Shown piece by piece: positions 43,110-54,139 of a stretch of DNA of 64,000 nt. Position 1 is the stretch's first letter, and each line of letters opens with the position of its first letter. The DNA lies in NCBI GenBank assembly GCA_965222155.1, contig CBDCTH010000012.1, forward strand, positions 2,688,001 to 2,752,000, given 5' to 3'. The stretch is from Gammaproteobacteria bacterium (GTDB taxonomy: Bacteria > Pseudomonadota > Gammaproteobacteria > Eutrophobiales > Eutrophobiaceae). The position numbers and the translations under genes were made by a program. Under the pieces are notes generated by a model. That model had not been told where the DNA came from and searched no databases. It saw only the letters and a program-made list of their open reading frames with translations.

Positions 43110-44975
43110 ATGGCGCCACAAACCACGAACAAAGGCCTGGATTGGAAAATAAATCTGGTCCATAGACGGATCTATTTCACAGCAGCGCTTGTGCTGATTT
43201 CTACTGTGCTGATCCTGTTACAGATTATCAATTTACAAGTCGTCCAGCACGATCATTTCATTACCTTATCAAAGAGTAATCACATAAAAATCCTACCGGT
43301 TGTACCGTCCCGCGGGCTGATATTCAGTAGCGACGGTATCTTACTGGCCGACAATCGCCCCTCGTTCACTATGGAGATAGTGCCTGAGCGGGTTGCAGAT
43401 GTGGATTCTATAATCGACCAGTTAAGCATGCTTATTACAATTACCCCTGATGATATTCAGCGTTTCAGGGAATTAAAGAAACGAACCCGCAGGTTTGAAG
43501 GTATTCCCCTCAGGTTAAACCTGGATGACGAGGAAGTCGCTCTGATTTCAGTGAATCGACACCTGCTCCCGGGAGTAGACGTCGTTGCCAATTTAAGCCG
43601 TTATTACCCCCTGGCCAACAGCCTGTCACACACGGTCGGTTACGTGGGAATGATAGATGAAGATGAGTTTGAGAAACTGAATAAATCGAACTACAGGGGC
43701 ACAAGCTATATCGGTAAATCAGGAATCGAGAAGACTTACGAGGACCTGCTGCATGGTTACGTCGGTTACCAGCAGGTAGAGGTAAATGCCCAGGGAAGGA
43801 AAATCCGCGAAATATACAAGGAGCCTCCTGAACCGAGTAAAGATTTGTATCTGACCATCGATGCTTCCCTGCAAATCCTTGCCGTTCAGGCTCTTAACGG
43901 CAGGCGGGGCGCAATTGCCGCGATAGACACCAATACCGGTGCGGTTCTGGTTTCCGCTAGTTCCCCCGGTTATGACCCCAACCTGTTTGTTGACGGTATC
44001 GACAGAAAAATCTATGCCAGCCTGCTGCGGTCCAAAGACACTCCTTTGTTAAACAGGACGTTACAGGGCAAATATCCACCCGGCTCGACAATTAAACCGA
44101 TGCTGGCTCTGGGAGGGTTGAATTTGGGCCTGCGCGAGCCCGAAATTGAAACCTGGTGTCCGGGCTGGTATTCGTTGAGAGGCAGCAGTCGCCGCTATCG
44201 GGACTGGAAAAAGCAGGGTCATGGTCATATGGATATGGTAAATGCCATCTCTCAATCCTGTGACGTGTATTTTTACGCTCTTGCCCGGGACATGGGTATT
44301 GACTTGATCCATCAGACGCTGACGGATTTCGGTTTTGGCAAACCGACCGGTATTGACATTGGCGGCGAGGCAGCGGGCTTGGTCCCTTCAACGCAATGGA
44401 AACGCGAGGCGTTGGGACAACCCTGGTATCCCGGTGAGACCCTGATTGCCGGGATAGGCCAGGGAGCTACCCTGGCAACGCCCATCCAACTGGCTGTGGC
44501 AACAGCAGTCATAGCAAACCGGGGCAAACTGGTGCGCCCCTACCTGTTATCGGAAGTGAAGGATTCTGCAACAGGCCGGCAAGTGATCAGAGCGTCTGCC
44601 CAGGAAGGCAAACAGGTGATATCCGTCGGCGTTGAGGATTGGGACGTGATTATTCATTCGATGCAGGAAGTCGTACACGGTGAAAGGGGGACTGCGCGTG
44701 GTTCCGGCGCGGGTACGGAATATCAATTTGCCGGGAAGACCGGCACGGCACAGGTAATAAATATCGGACAGGACGAAGAATACAATGAAGATGAAATACC
44801 TGAAGAATTTCGGGATCATGCTTTATTTATTGCATTCGCGCCGGTTGAAGAACCCGAGATAGCACTGGCTGTGATCGTTGAGAATGGCGGTAGCGGTTCA
44901 AAGACCGCGGCGCCGATAGCGAGGGAGTTGCTGGATCATTATTTTCGCAGGCACGAAAGGTTTGGTGCGGGATGA
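43110..44975 (+). CDS. mrdA: penicillin-binding protein 2
   Basis: YPPGSTIKP, SCD, AGKTGTAQV. Confidence 0.97.
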   Translation: MAPQTTNKGLDWKINLVHRRIYFTAALVLISTVLILLQIINLQVVQHDHFITLSKSNHIKILPVVPSRGLIFSSDGILLADNRPSFTMEIVPERVADVDSIIDQLSMLITITPDDIQRFRELKKRTRRFEGIPLRLNLDDEEVALISVNRHLLPGVDVVANLSRYYPLANSLSHTVGYVGMIDEDEFEKLNKSNYRGTSYIGKSGIEKTYEDLLHGYVGYQQVEVNAQGRKIREIYKEPPEPSKDLYLTIDASLQILAVQALNGRRGAIAAIDTNTGAVLVSASSPGYDPNLFVDGIDRKIYASLLRSKDTPLLNRTLQGKYPPGSTIKPMLALGGLNLGLREPEIETWCPGWYSLRGSSRRYRDWKKQGHGHMDMVNAISQSCDVYFYALARDMGIDLIHQTLTDFGFGKPTGIDIGGEAAGLVPSTQWKREALGQPWYPGETLIAGIGQGATLATPIQLAVATAVIANRGKLVRPYLLSEVKDSATGRQVIRASAQEGKQVISVGVEDWDVIIHSMQEVVHGERGTARGSGAGTEYQFAGKTGTAQVINIGQDEEYNEDEIPEEFRDHALFIAFAPVEEPEIALAVIVENGGSGSKTAAPIARELLDHYFRRHERFGAG

Positions 44976-46063
44976 AAGAGGTCGGCTTAGCGCAAAAATT
45001 GCATATTGACGTACCACTGTTGTTCGGGATTGTGGTGTTAAGCCTGATCGGATACGCAGTGTTGTATAGTGCCAGCGACCAGGATGTGAATTTGATTTTT
45101 CGTCGTTCGATTCACCTGGCAGCAGCCCTGGTGGTGATGTTCGCTATAGCCCAGGTTCCCCCCGCCCGGTTATCCGGCGTCTCTCGGTGGTTCTACCTTA
45201 TCAGTCTCGGCCTGTTAATCCTGGTTTTATTTTTTGGCGAGACGGGTAAAGGCGCCCAGAGATGGCTGGGTTTTGGCCCGTTTCGCTTTCAACCGTCAGA
45301 ACTGATGAAACTGGCCCTACCCATGGTGATTGCCTGGTATCTCAGCAAAGAATCGCCACCGCCTACTATCAAGATGGTATTTACGGCATTGATCTTTATC
45401 ATCGTGCCCGTATTGCTGGTAGCGAAGCAACCGGATCTGGGCACGGCAATGCTGATCGCGGTCAGCGGATTTGCAGTCTTGTTCATTGCCGGCATAAGTT
45501 GGAAATTACTGGCGGGTTTTGCGGTGGTTGCCCTATCGTCAGCGCCTGTGATATGGAACCTGATGCATGATTACCAGCAAAAACGGGTACTGACATTTTT
45601 GAACCCGGAACAGGACCCGCTAGGTTCCGGGTATCACATTATACAATCCAAAATAGCTATCGGCTCAGGTGGGTTATACGGAAAAGGCTGGTTAAACGGG
45701 ACTCAATCACACCTGGAATTTTTACCCGAGAGGTCTACGGATTTTATTTTCGCAGTTTTTTGTGAAGAATTTGGACTGATTGGGGTATTAGTCCTGGTCA
45801 GCATATACCTGTTCATCATCGCCAGGTGTCTGTATATTTCCATGCAATCACAACACCTGTATGGAAAGTTGCTCGGTGTGGGTGTCGTAACAGGTTTTTT
45901 TGTCTATATAGCCGTCAATATGGGCATGGTATCAGGGCAATTGCCTGTCGTGGGTATACCCTTGCCGCTGATTAGCCACGGTGGTACATCCATGATGACG
46001 ATCATGGCGGGCTTCGGTATCCTCATGGCAATCCAGACCCATAGAAGACTGCTGTCAAATTAA
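44972..46063 (+). CDS. rodA: SEDS glycosyltransferase RodA
   Basis: GAQRW, FQPSELMK, QPDLGT, FLPERSTDFIF. Confidence 0.97.
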   Translation: MKEVGLAQKLHIDVPLLFGIVVLSLIGYAVLYSASDQDVNLIFRRSIHLAAALVVMFAIAQVPPARLSGVSRWFYLISLGLLILVLFFGETGKGAQRWLGFGPFRFQPSELMKLALPMVIAWYLSKESPPPTIKMVFTALIFIIVPVLLVAKQPDLGTAMLIAVSGFAVLFIAGISWKLLAGFAVVALSSAPVIWNLMHDYQQKRVLTFLNPEQDPLGSGYHIIQSKIAIGSGGLYGKGWLNGTQSHLEFLPERSTDFIFAVFCEEFGLIGVLVLVSIYLFIIARCLYISMQSQHLYGKLLGVGVVTGFFVYIAVNMGMVSGQLPVVGIPLPLISHGGTSMMTIMAGFGILMAIQTHRRLLSN

Positions 46064-46064
46064 T

Positions 46065-47045
46065 ATGAAATTCAAAACAGTTATTATCGGATTGGTTATA
46101 TTGTTTCTTGGTCCGGTCAGGGCGGACCTGCTGCAGCGCGCTGAGGTTACCTCTTTTATCCGGGATATGGTTGCAGAATATAATTACGATGCGGATGAAT
46201 TGAATGACGTTCTCGGCAGGGTGCAGCTTTCGGAAAAAGTGATTGCCGCCATTTCAAGACCCGCGGAAGCCCTGCCATGGTACCGCTACAGGCCAATATT
46301 TATGAAACCCGGCCGTATTAAGGGTGGAGTTGAATTCTGGCGCCGGAATAAAACGCAACTTGAACGCGCCACCGAAGAATACGGCATCCCGGCAGAAATC
46401 ATGGTCGCCATCATAGGAGTTGAGACAAAATATGGCCGCATCAAGGGTAGTTTCAAGGTTATCAATTCGCTATCGACCCTGGCGTTTGATTACCCGAAAC
46501 GCAGCGAGTTCTTCAGCCGGGAATTGAAGCATTATCTACTGCTTACCCGGGAGCAATCCTTTGACCCGCATATGTTGAAAGGTTCTTATGCCGGGGCTAT
46601 GGGTATCCCGCAATTCATACCCAGCAGTTATCGCGCGTATGCCGTTGATTTCGACGAGGACGGCCTGACTGATATCTGGGAAAACCCGACCGATGCAATC
46701 GGCAGTGTCGGAAATTATTTCAAACAGCATGGATGGAGAGAAGGCGCAGAGATCATCACTCCCGCAAGCATTCCCGACGGGGATATTTCGGCATTGCTTA
46801 CAAAAGGACTTGAACCGAAACTGACCATGGCGGATGTGACGGCAAGCGGTGTTACTACAGAGGAACAGATCAATGCTGTGGAAAAAGTCAAATTACTCCG
46901 GCTTGAAAATAAGGATGGTTATGAGTACTGGGTGGCGCTGCATAATTTTTATGTGATTACAAGGTATAACCACAGCGCGCTGTATGCAATGGCGGTTTAT
47001 CAGTTGGCAGATGCAATAAAGACACGATACCAATCCGGACCGTAA
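46065..47045 (+). CDS. mltB: lytic murein transglycosylase B
   Basis: AIIGVET.YG, GSYAGAMG.PQF.PSSY, ITRYNHS..YAMAV. Confidence 0.95.
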   Translation: MKFKTVIIGLVILFLGPVRADLLQRAEVTSFIRDMVAEYNYDADELNDVLGRVQLSEKVIAAISRPAEALPWYRYRPIFMKPGRIKGGVEFWRRNKTQLERATEEYGIPAEIMVAIIGVETKYGRIKGSFKVINSLSTLAFDYPKRSEFFSRELKHYLLLTREQSFDPHMLKGSYAGAMGIPQFIPSSYRAYAVDFDEDGLTDIWENPTDAIGSVGNYFKQHGWREGAEIITPASIPDGDISALLTKGLEPKLTMADVTASGVTTEEQINAVEKVKLLRLENKDGYEYWVALHNFYVITRYNHSALYAMAVYQLADAIKTRYQSGP

Positions 47046-47135
47046 GGTCAGATGGTTTTTTCATTCACTGTATCGATAAGCCACAGAGCAAACAGAGGTA
47101 AAACAACGTAAATAACGGGTAAGATAACGATATAC

Positions 47136-48002
47136 ATGCGGTTTCCCCAAGCATTGAAAAGATTCTGGATTCACTCTGTGATCTCAGTGTCCTGTGTGGC
47201 ATTCCCCAAATGGTTTTTAGTAGTATTACTTCTTTCAGGGATAACAGCCTGTTCCACCGCCCCACAGAAATACGCTACCCCAAGTCGTTCGCAGGCAGAC
47301 CTGGCGAAAATACCTGACGCCGTGCCTGAAGTTGAACCAAGAAGCAAGCTTGGCAACATGAGAACCTACGAGGTATTTGGAAAAAGGTACTACGTTCTGG
47401 ATAGCAGCGACGGATTTACACAAAAAGGCATTGCTTCCTGGTATGGGCCAAAATTTCATGGGAAAAAGACCTCTAACGGCGAAATTTATGATATGTATGC
47501 CATGACCGCGGCGCACAAAACATTGCCATTGCCCTCGTACCTGGAAGTGAAAAACCTCGAAAACGGCAGAAAAATCATCGTCCGGGTCAATGATCGCGGA
47601 CCATTTCACGACAACCGGGTCGTTGATTTATCTTACACGGCCGCCATCAAGCTGGGGATGATTGCGGAGGGAACGGCCCTGGTGGAGATTCGCGCGATTA
47701 ATCCCAGAACCCACAGGGGAGGAGGCAGTCCGGTCAAGACCCGACCTGGAAAACCGGGGAAAAGCAGAGTGTTGGATTTTTATATCCAGGTAGGCGTCTT
47801 TTCTGAATTCAACAATGCGGAAAAACTGAAAGATAAACTTCGGGAGTTAAAAACACCAATCACCGTAGAGGCAACCATGTTGAACGATGGGGTCGCTTTT
47901 CGGGTTAAAATAGGTCCGTTGAATAATATTGGGATCGCGGATGAAATTATCAGCCGTCTTGGGTTGTATGATATCCACGATCATCGAATCCTCCTGGAGT
48001 AA
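47136..48002 (+). CDS. rlpA: septal ring lytic transglycosylase RlpA (true start probably further downstream)
   Basis: Lipobox ITAC; GIASWYG, MTAAHKTLPLP, VNDRGPF; C-terminal SPOR domain. Confidence 0.93.
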   Translation: MRFPQALKRFWIHSVISVSCVAFPKWFLVVLLLSGITACSTAPQKYATPSRSQADLAKIPDAVPEVEPRSKLGNMRTYEVFGKRYYVLDSSDGFTQKGIASWYGPKFHGKKTSNGEIYDMYAMTAAHKTLPLPSYLEVKNLENGRKIIVRVNDRGPFHDNRVVDLSYTAAIKLGMIAEGTALVEIRAINPRTHRGGGSPVKTRPGKPGKSRVLDFYIQVGVFSEFNNAEKLKDKLRELKTPITVEATMLNDGVAFRVKIGPLNNIGIADEIISRLGLYDIHDHRILLE

Positions 48003-48040
48003 ATCACGTGTATCAATTTCCATCTGTAAAATACAAAATT

Positions 48041-49189
48041 ATGAAACACCCGATAGTTAAACTGCTGGTTCTTCTTGCCGGAATCAGTCTGAATCTTGCT
48101 GCCCCGGCCGTCACGGTTGTGCCGCCGCCTGAAATAAACGCCGCTTCATACTTGATCATGGATGCCGATAGCGGATTTCATCTGGTGGAGAAAAATATAG
48201 ACCAGAGAGTGGAACCGGCCAGCCTGACCAAGATGATGACCGCTTACGTGGCTGCCAGTCAGATCGCCGGGGGTCATATCGCCATGACCGATGAGGTGGT
48301 CGTCAGCGAGAAGGCATGGCGCATGGGTGGCTCGCGTATGTTCATTGAAGTAGGGAAAAAAGTCAGTGTCGAAGACCTGTTGAAAGGCGTGATAATCCAG
48401 TCAGGCAATGATGCGAGCGTGGCCCTGGCTGAACACGTCTCCGGCACTGAAGAGGCATTTGCCGAGCTCATGAATCACTATGCTGCTGAACTCGGGATGA
48501 ACGGCACGCATTTTATGAACAGTTCGGGATGGCCCGATGAGAACCACTTTACGACGGCCAGGGATTTGGCGACCCTGGCGCGCGCTATGATCCGGGATCA
48601 CCCGGAAATTTACGCGCTGCACTCCATCCGGGAATTTACCTACAACGACATAAAACAGTCCAATCGAAACCGCCTGTTGTGGAAAGATTCAAGCGTGGAT
48701 GGGATTAAAACGGGGCATACCGAAAGCGCCGGGTATTGCCTCGTGGCTTCATCGGTACGGGACGGGATACGCTTGATCTCGGTAGTTATGGGAACAGGTG
48801 GAACCCAGGCCAGGACCGATGCCACGCAGGCATTATTGAATTATTCATACAGAGTTTATGAGACGAGAAAACTGTATGCTGCCAGTGAGGCGGTAACCAC
48901 CGTCAGGGTATGGAAAGGGGAGCGTGACAGTCTCGACCTCGCCGTTGAAAATGATCTTGTGTTGACCCTGCCGAGAGGACAATACGAACAGATTCAGACA
49001 TTGATGACAGTTGAAGAAGAACTGAGCGCGCCCATTACATCGGGCCAGAAACTGGGGCAGGTTGAATTGTTGCTGGATGATGAGGTCATCGCAAGCCGCG
49101 CGCTGGTCGCATCCGAAGCCGTGGCGGCCGGCAGTTTTTTTGTCCGCCTCAGGGATCATATCAAACTTTACTGGAAGTCGCTGCAATGA
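48041..49189 (+). CDS. D-alanyl-D-alanine carboxypeptidase (DacA/DacC family)
   Basis: PASLTKMMT, SGN, GIKTGHT motifs. Confidence 0.95.
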   Translation: MKHPIVKLLVLLAGISLNLAAPAVTVVPPPEINAASYLIMDADSGFHLVEKNIDQRVEPASLTKMMTAYVAASQIAGGHIAMTDEVVVSEKAWRMGGSRMFIEVGKKVSVEDLLKGVIIQSGNDASVALAEHVSGTEEAFAELMNHYAAELGMNGTHFMNSSGWPDENHFTTARDLATLARAMIRDHPEIYALHSIREFTYNDIKQSNRNRLLWKDSSVDGIKTGHTESAGYCLVASSVRDGIRLISVVMGTGGTQARTDATQALLNYSYRVYETRKLYAASEAVTTVRVWKGERDSLDLAVENDLVLTLPRGQYEQIQTLMTVEEELSAPITSGQKLGQVELLLDDEVIASRALVASEAVAAGSFFVRLRDHIKLYWKSLQ

Positions 49190-49199
49190 CAGGCCCCCA

Positions 49200-49305
49200 G
49201 CCATCACACCGGCGAACGTCCTCTACCGTCAAACCGGCCAATACCCCTTATCCGTCATGCCGGCGCAGGCCCCCGCCGTCATGCCGGCGCAGGCCAGAAT
49301 CCAGT
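49200..49305. repeat. cluster of REP-like units (CCGTCATGCCGGCG...GCCAGAATCCAG)
   Basis: ccgtcatgccggcgcaggcc twice plus degenerate copies; family also at 52786-52874/54140-54157 and ~4870-4900. Confidence 0.6.
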
Positions 49306-49383
49306 TTGACTACATGTTGTCCGAAGCGACACATTTTTTGGGGTCGGAAAAAACAAAACCTCTGCTGACCCGGGAACAGCCAA

Positions 49384-50265
49384 ATGTCGACGGTCTACCT
49401 GAACGGCAACTTTATCCCGCTGGAAAAAGCGCAAGTTTCGGTATTGGACCGGGGTTTCACTTTTGCCGACGGCGTCTATGAGATTATCCCGGTATTTTCA
49501 GGACAACCATTCAGGTTGACCGAACACCTGAACAGGTTGCGGCACAGTCTGGACGGGATTTCGCTGGAACTGGATTATGACGGGGGAAAATGGCAGTCAT
49601 TGATAGATGAATTGCTCAGCCTGAACCGGATCAAGGAAGATTCTTCCATCTACATCCAGGTTACCCGGGGGGTGGATGAGAGAAACCATTTCTACCAGGC
49701 CGATTTTACGCCCACCGTCTTCATCTTTTGCAAACCATTGCAACAGATGGATGTAAGCCGGGGCGTCAGCGCGATATTACATGAGGACATCAGGTGGCAA
49801 TACTGTCATATAAAAGCGGTGGCACTATTGCCGAACGTACTATTGAAACAACTCGCCAGGGATAAAGATGGCTCCCATGAAGCGATTTTATACCGGGACG
49901 GGCATATCACCGAAGGCGCCGCGAGCAACGTTTTTATCGTGAGTGATAATACGGTCAGGACGCCGCCCAAAAGTAACCGGCTGCTGCCTGGAATTACCCG
50001 CGATCTGGTCGTGGAATTAATCCGGGAATCCGATTATCAATGCCTGGAAATCCCCGTCACTAAATCAGAACTGTTGCAGGCCGGTGAAATATGGCTAACC
50101 AGTTCCACGCTGGGCATTGCCCCGCTGGTCAGGCTTGACGGCCGACCGCTAGGCGACGGCAAACCCGGCCCGGTCTGGCAGGATGTTAATGCGATTTATC
50201 AGGCGTCCAAAAGGAATCAATCGCCCCCCCTTGAGTCAATCCTGACTCCAAATATCCTACAATGA
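49384..50265 (+). CDS. dat: D-amino acid aminotransferase (class IV PLP)
   Basis: DRGFTFADGVYE, IKAVALLPNVL, TEGAASNVF, LLPGITR. Confidence 0.88.
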   Translation: MSTVYLNGNFIPLEKAQVSVLDRGFTFADGVYEIIPVFSGQPFRLTEHLNRLRHSLDGISLELDYDGGKWQSLIDELLSLNRIKEDSSIYIQVTRGVDERNHFYQADFTPTVFIFCKPLQQMDVSRGVSAILHEDIRWQYCHIKAVALLPNVLLKQLARDKDGSHEAILYRDGHITEGAASNVFIVSDNTVRTPPKSNRLLPGITRDLVVELIRESDYQCLEIPVTKSELLQAGEIWLTSSTLGIAPLVRLDGRPLGDGKPGPVWQDVNAIYQASKRNQSPPLESILTPNILQ

Positions 50266-51168
50266 ACCCATCAGGGACATCACCCAGCGGAAATAAAACG
50301 GGCCAAGAGCCAGAAGCAAAAAAGTCATCGTAACCATCAGGGCACCGATCTTTATAACAATTTTATCTTGAAGCGTTGCCATCTCCTGGCGCAATGATTG
50401 TTCCAGCGCCCCGAATCTGATATCCACTTTCTCAAACCTGCTGACTACTGATTGCTCAAATATTTTCAGCTCGGTTTTCATATCTGATCTCAGCGCTTCA
50501 GTATCGGCTTTCATCTCTGATCTCAGTGCTTCAGTACCGGCTTTCATCTCTGATCTCAGCGCTTCAGTATCGGCTTTTATATCCGATTTCAGCGCTTCAG
50601 TATCGGCTTTTATATCCGATTTCAGCGCTTCAGTACCGGCTTTCATCTCTGATCTCAGCGCTTCAGTATCGGCTTTCATCTCTGATCTCAGCGCTTCAGT
50701 ATCGGCTTTTATATCCGATTTCAGCGCTTCAGTACCGGCTTTCATCTCTGATCTCAGCGCTTCAGTATCGGCTTTCATCTCTGATCTCAGCGCTTCAGTA
50801 TCGGCTTTTATATCCGATTTCAGCGCTTCAGTATCGGCTTTCATCTCTACCTTGAAAGAATCCATATCGGACTTTGTCGCGACTCTCAACGCTTGTATAT
50901 CGGACTTTGTCGTGGCGCCCAGCGCTTGTATATTGGACTTTGTCGCAGCACTCAACGCTTGTATATCAGACTTTGTCGTGGCGCCCAGTAATTCTATATC
51001 CGCTTTTGTAGCTACGGTTTCGCTCATTGCTTTGCTGATAGTCGTTACGATGGCTTCGGCTTGCCGGCCTTCCAATCCGGTTTCTTTCAACTCCCTCGCT
51101 GCGGTCAGTGTGTCGAATGTAACCGCTGCCGGGTTATCGGTAGATATCGCTTCATTAGCTGCTTTCAT
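50257..51168 (-). CDS. DUF1640/CCDC90-like membrane-anchored coiled-coil protein with 11-aa repeats
   Basis: FDTL..ARELKETG...QAEAIV head, ATKADI neck, KADTEAL(K/R)S(DI/EM) x11, C-terminal TM helix. Confidence 0.85.
   Translation of the reverse strand: MKAANEAISTDNPAAVTFDTLTAARELKETGLEGRQAEAIVTTISKAMSETVATKADIELLGATTKSDIQALSAATKSNIQALGATTKSDIQALRVATKSDMDSFKVEMKADTEALKSDIKADTEALRSEMKADTEALRSEMKAGTEALKSDIKADTEALRSEMKADTEALRSEMKAGTEALKSDIKADTEALKSDIKADTEALRSEMKAGTEALRSEMKADTEALRSDMKTELKIFEQSVVSRFEKVDIRFGALEQSLRQEMATLQDKIVIKIGALMVTMTFLLLALGPFYFRWVMSLMGSL
50480..50845 (-). repeat. 33-bp coding tandem repeat, ~11 units
   Basis: Units aaagccgatactgaagcgctg(agatcagagatg/aaatcggatata). Confidence 0.95.
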
Positions 51169-51398
51169 TAGCTTTCTCCTTTAACTCATGGCAGGAGGCC
51201 GTGCCGCTGAAGCGACCTGGTTTCCCGCCCAGGTACTGATAATTAACAGTACTGATAATTAAGGCCGTGCGCTTGGGCTATATCGACCTGATGGAGTTTT
51301 ACCCTAGCACAATCCCGTCATCCTTTCAATGGCGATACAGTTACTTTCAAGCCAAGTATCCGAACCATCCGGATATGTGTGTGTGATGCTTCCTCTAC

Positions 51399-52769
51399 TC
51401 AGCCCAGAACCCGCCCCGGATTCAGTATGCTCTTCGGGTCCACAGCTTGTTTCAACAATTTCATCAAGGCTATCTCTTCATCGCTCCTGGATAGATGTAA
51501 ATAAGCGCGTTTTTGTATTCCGATGCCGTGTTCGGCGGAAATTGAGCCGTTATAGGCGCTGACGTGTTTGTACACCACGTCATAGACCGTTTTTTTATCT
51601 TCTTTTGTGTTTACTGTGAATACCAGGTGCAGGTTGCCGTCACCGATATGCCCGAATACCAGCAGCAAGGTGTCCGGCAGGAGTGTTTTGATTTCTGCTT
51701 CAAGCTGTTCCAGAAAACCGGCCATGGTATTAATGGGCACGCTCACGTCAAAATTGGCATTGTCCCGTATCACGGCCATGGCATCGCCCACGCCGTCCCG
51801 TATAGCCCAGACGGCCTGCCTCTCACGTTCGGACTTGCAGATCACGGCATCCAGCATTCGCCCTGCCTCCAACTCACTCACCAGGGCATTTTCCAGTCCG
51901 GTTTGACCGGATTTATCACTGATTTCAGTTAACACATATATGGGATATCGGTCATCGAAAGGGCTGCTGACAGTGGGTACATGTTCAATGATGTAGTCAT
52001 AGTAATTATCCCACATGACTTCAAATGAACTGAGCGATCCGCTGAATTCCCGGCTCATGAAATGCAGGAACGGTATTACACTGTCAAATGACTCCAACGC
52101 AACCAGCGCGGTACTCCGGCTTTCCGGCATGACAAACAACCGCAATACGGCACGCGTGACGATCCCCAGAGTCCCTTCGGTGCCGATGAACAGGTGTTTC
52201 AAGTCGTAACCGGCGTTATTTTTCAGCATCTTGTTCAATGAGGAAATGACTGTGCCGTCAGCCAGCACGACTTCGAGACCCAGTACCAGGTTGCGGGTCA
52301 TGCCGAACCGGATCACCTCATTGCCGCCGGCATTGGTCGCAATATTACCGCCGATATTGCAGGACCCGCGGGCGCCCAGGTCAAGCGGAAACAGGAACCC
52401 TGCCTGTTCCGCGGCATCCTGGATGGCCTGCAGCGGCGTACCGGCGAGCACGGTCATGGTCATGGATTCCCGATCCAGTTCCTCGATGCCGGTCAGACGC
52501 TCAAGGGACAACGCAATTTCCTCCTCCCGTGGAGTAGCGCCGCCGCATAATCCGGTGAGCCCGCCCTGCACGACTATTTTCTGGTTGCTGGATGAGCAGA
52601 TGCGCAGGATGTCGGAAACCTGTTCGGTCGACGCGGGCCGGGCAACGGCGACAGGCGCATGAGCTGTACCTCCGGAACTGTCGGCGTGGTATTTTTCCGA
52701 AATCTCAGGGCCGGTTAAAATAACGCCCAAACCTAATTCTTCTTTTAATTGTCTGATTGTATCGTTCAT
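51399..52769 (-). CDS. FAD-binding oxidoreductase (D-2-hydroxyacid dehydrogenase/GlcD-like)
   Basis: QGGLTGLCGGA, IGGNIATNAGG, KNNAGYDLK, GHIGDGNLH, SISAEHGIG. Confidence 0.92.
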   Translation of the reverse strand: MNDTIRQLKEELGLGVILTGPEISEKYHADSSGGTAHAPVAVARPASTEQVSDILRICSSSNQKIVVQGGLTGLCGGATPREEEIALSLERLTGIEELDRESMTMTVLAGTPLQAIQDAAEQAGFLFPLDLGARGSCNIGGNIATNAGGNEVIRFGMTRNLVLGLEVVLADGTVISSLNKMLKNNAGYDLKHLFIGTEGTLGIVTRAVLRLFVMPESRSTALVALESFDSVIPFLHFMSREFSGSLSSFEVMWDNYYDYIIEHVPTVSSPFDDRYPIYVLTEISDKSGQTGLENALVSELEAGRMLDAVICKSERERQAVWAIRDGVGDAMAVIRDNANFDVSVPINTMAGFLEQLEAEIKTLLPDTLLLVFGHIGDGNLHLVFTVNTKEDKKTVYDVVYKHVSAYNGSISAEHGIGIQKRAYLHLSRSDEEIALMKLLKQAVDPKSILNPGRVLG

Positions 52770-52874
52770 TTAAGTTGCTTACATGCCGTCATTCCGGTGA
52801 ATGCCGGAATCCAGTATGATAACGTGCCGCCGAAGGCGGCGCATTATTTTTCACTGGATTCCGGCATTCGCCGG

Positions 52875-54139
52875 CAGGGCAACCGCATACTTTTATATAT
52901 ATATCATGCGGCCACTCCAAACAGGATCTCCGCCCGTCTCGTATCGCTCCACCCGGCCTGCTTGAGTTTCCCTCGCATACTGTTCTTCTTCGGATAGAGC
53001 CGCGCCAGGTTCAGACAGAAGCGCCGGATAATCGCCACGTTCTCCGCCCCATCCCCTTTCCGTATCCGACAATCATCTTCCTTGAACGCCACGTCCAAGA
53101 CCCAATGCGCCTTGTTCTCCACCTCCCAATGCCGGCGTATCCCCTGCGCCACCCGGACCGCGTCCAATGGCAGGGAACTGATATAGTACTGCGTCTCTGT
53201 CTCCACCTCTTTCCCCGGCAGGTGCCGCTCCCGTTCCATCTCAATCACCGTTTGCAGCCCCGGCCACTGGGCCGCCCCACTCACCCAGTCGGTCACCCGC
53301 AGTTGCCGGCAGCTGCGCTTCTCCACCCGGCCATGACCTCCATCGACCTCTTCATACACCGCTATCCGGTCCGGCTCATCGCGCGTAACCTTATGAAAGT
53401 ATGCCTTTATTTCCTCACGCAGAGTCTTGTGATTGTCCTTCAGCGACAACGTGTAATCGCCGCCTTTCGCGTGTATCTTCCGGGCTATCTTCTTCTGTGT
53501 GCTCATTGCATCCGCCGTGATATGCGCGCCGTTCACCTGCAACAGTTCCAGCATCTCCATCACCGAGGCCTGCTCGTTCTTCTTCCCCGATGACTTCATC
53601 TGTGCCAAGACCAGCCCGCACGCATGGCCCCAGGCCGTGATGCTGTGCAAGGCGGTTTGCTTATCCCCATCATGAGACCGTCTTAAGGTCTTCCCGTCCA
53701 GGGCAATCTGCTCCTGCCCCAGCTCCCGCCGCACCTCATTCACCCAGCTCAGAAACGCCCGGTTGAACTGCGCCGGGTCTATCGCACGCACTACCCGCGC
53801 GATCGTGTCATCCACCGGTATGCCGTTCGCAAACGGCCGGTATCGGCGTAACCAGTCCTGCTTCTCATCACCGAATTCCTTGATGTCCTTCCACCCCTCG
53901 GCCCCCGACAATACACCACTCACCGTCAAAAACAGGATGTCCAATAACGCATGTTTCTTATTAATATCACGTCGCGGGTCGTCAATCGTCGCTAATTGTG
54001 CCAGTAAACTCATCGTTTTCTCCTCGTTTTGGGGGTAATACTGCTGTGATCCCCGCCAAATCGATAAGTTCACCGCTTGGCTATAACTTATTGGAATAAA
54101 AAACCATCTGCTTATGAAAAAAAGTATGATCTTGCCCTG
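52875..54139 (-). mobile_element. ISAs1-family IS with apparently intact transposase (52904-~54013)
   Basis: TIR CAGGGCAACCGCATACTTTT / AAAAGTATGATCTTGCCCTG; 10-bp TSD CATTCGCCGG; IALDGKTLR and RRHWEVEN..HW.LDV.F.ED motifs. Confidence 0.95.

Noticed and set aside
37340-50265. Novelty in the gat/mre/mrd cluster
   Set aside because: Standard gammaproteobacterial gene order and intact motifs.
50480-50845. 33-bp repeats as a CRISPR array
   Set aside because: Head-to-tail with no unique spacers, in frame within a coiled-coil protein, and no cas genes.
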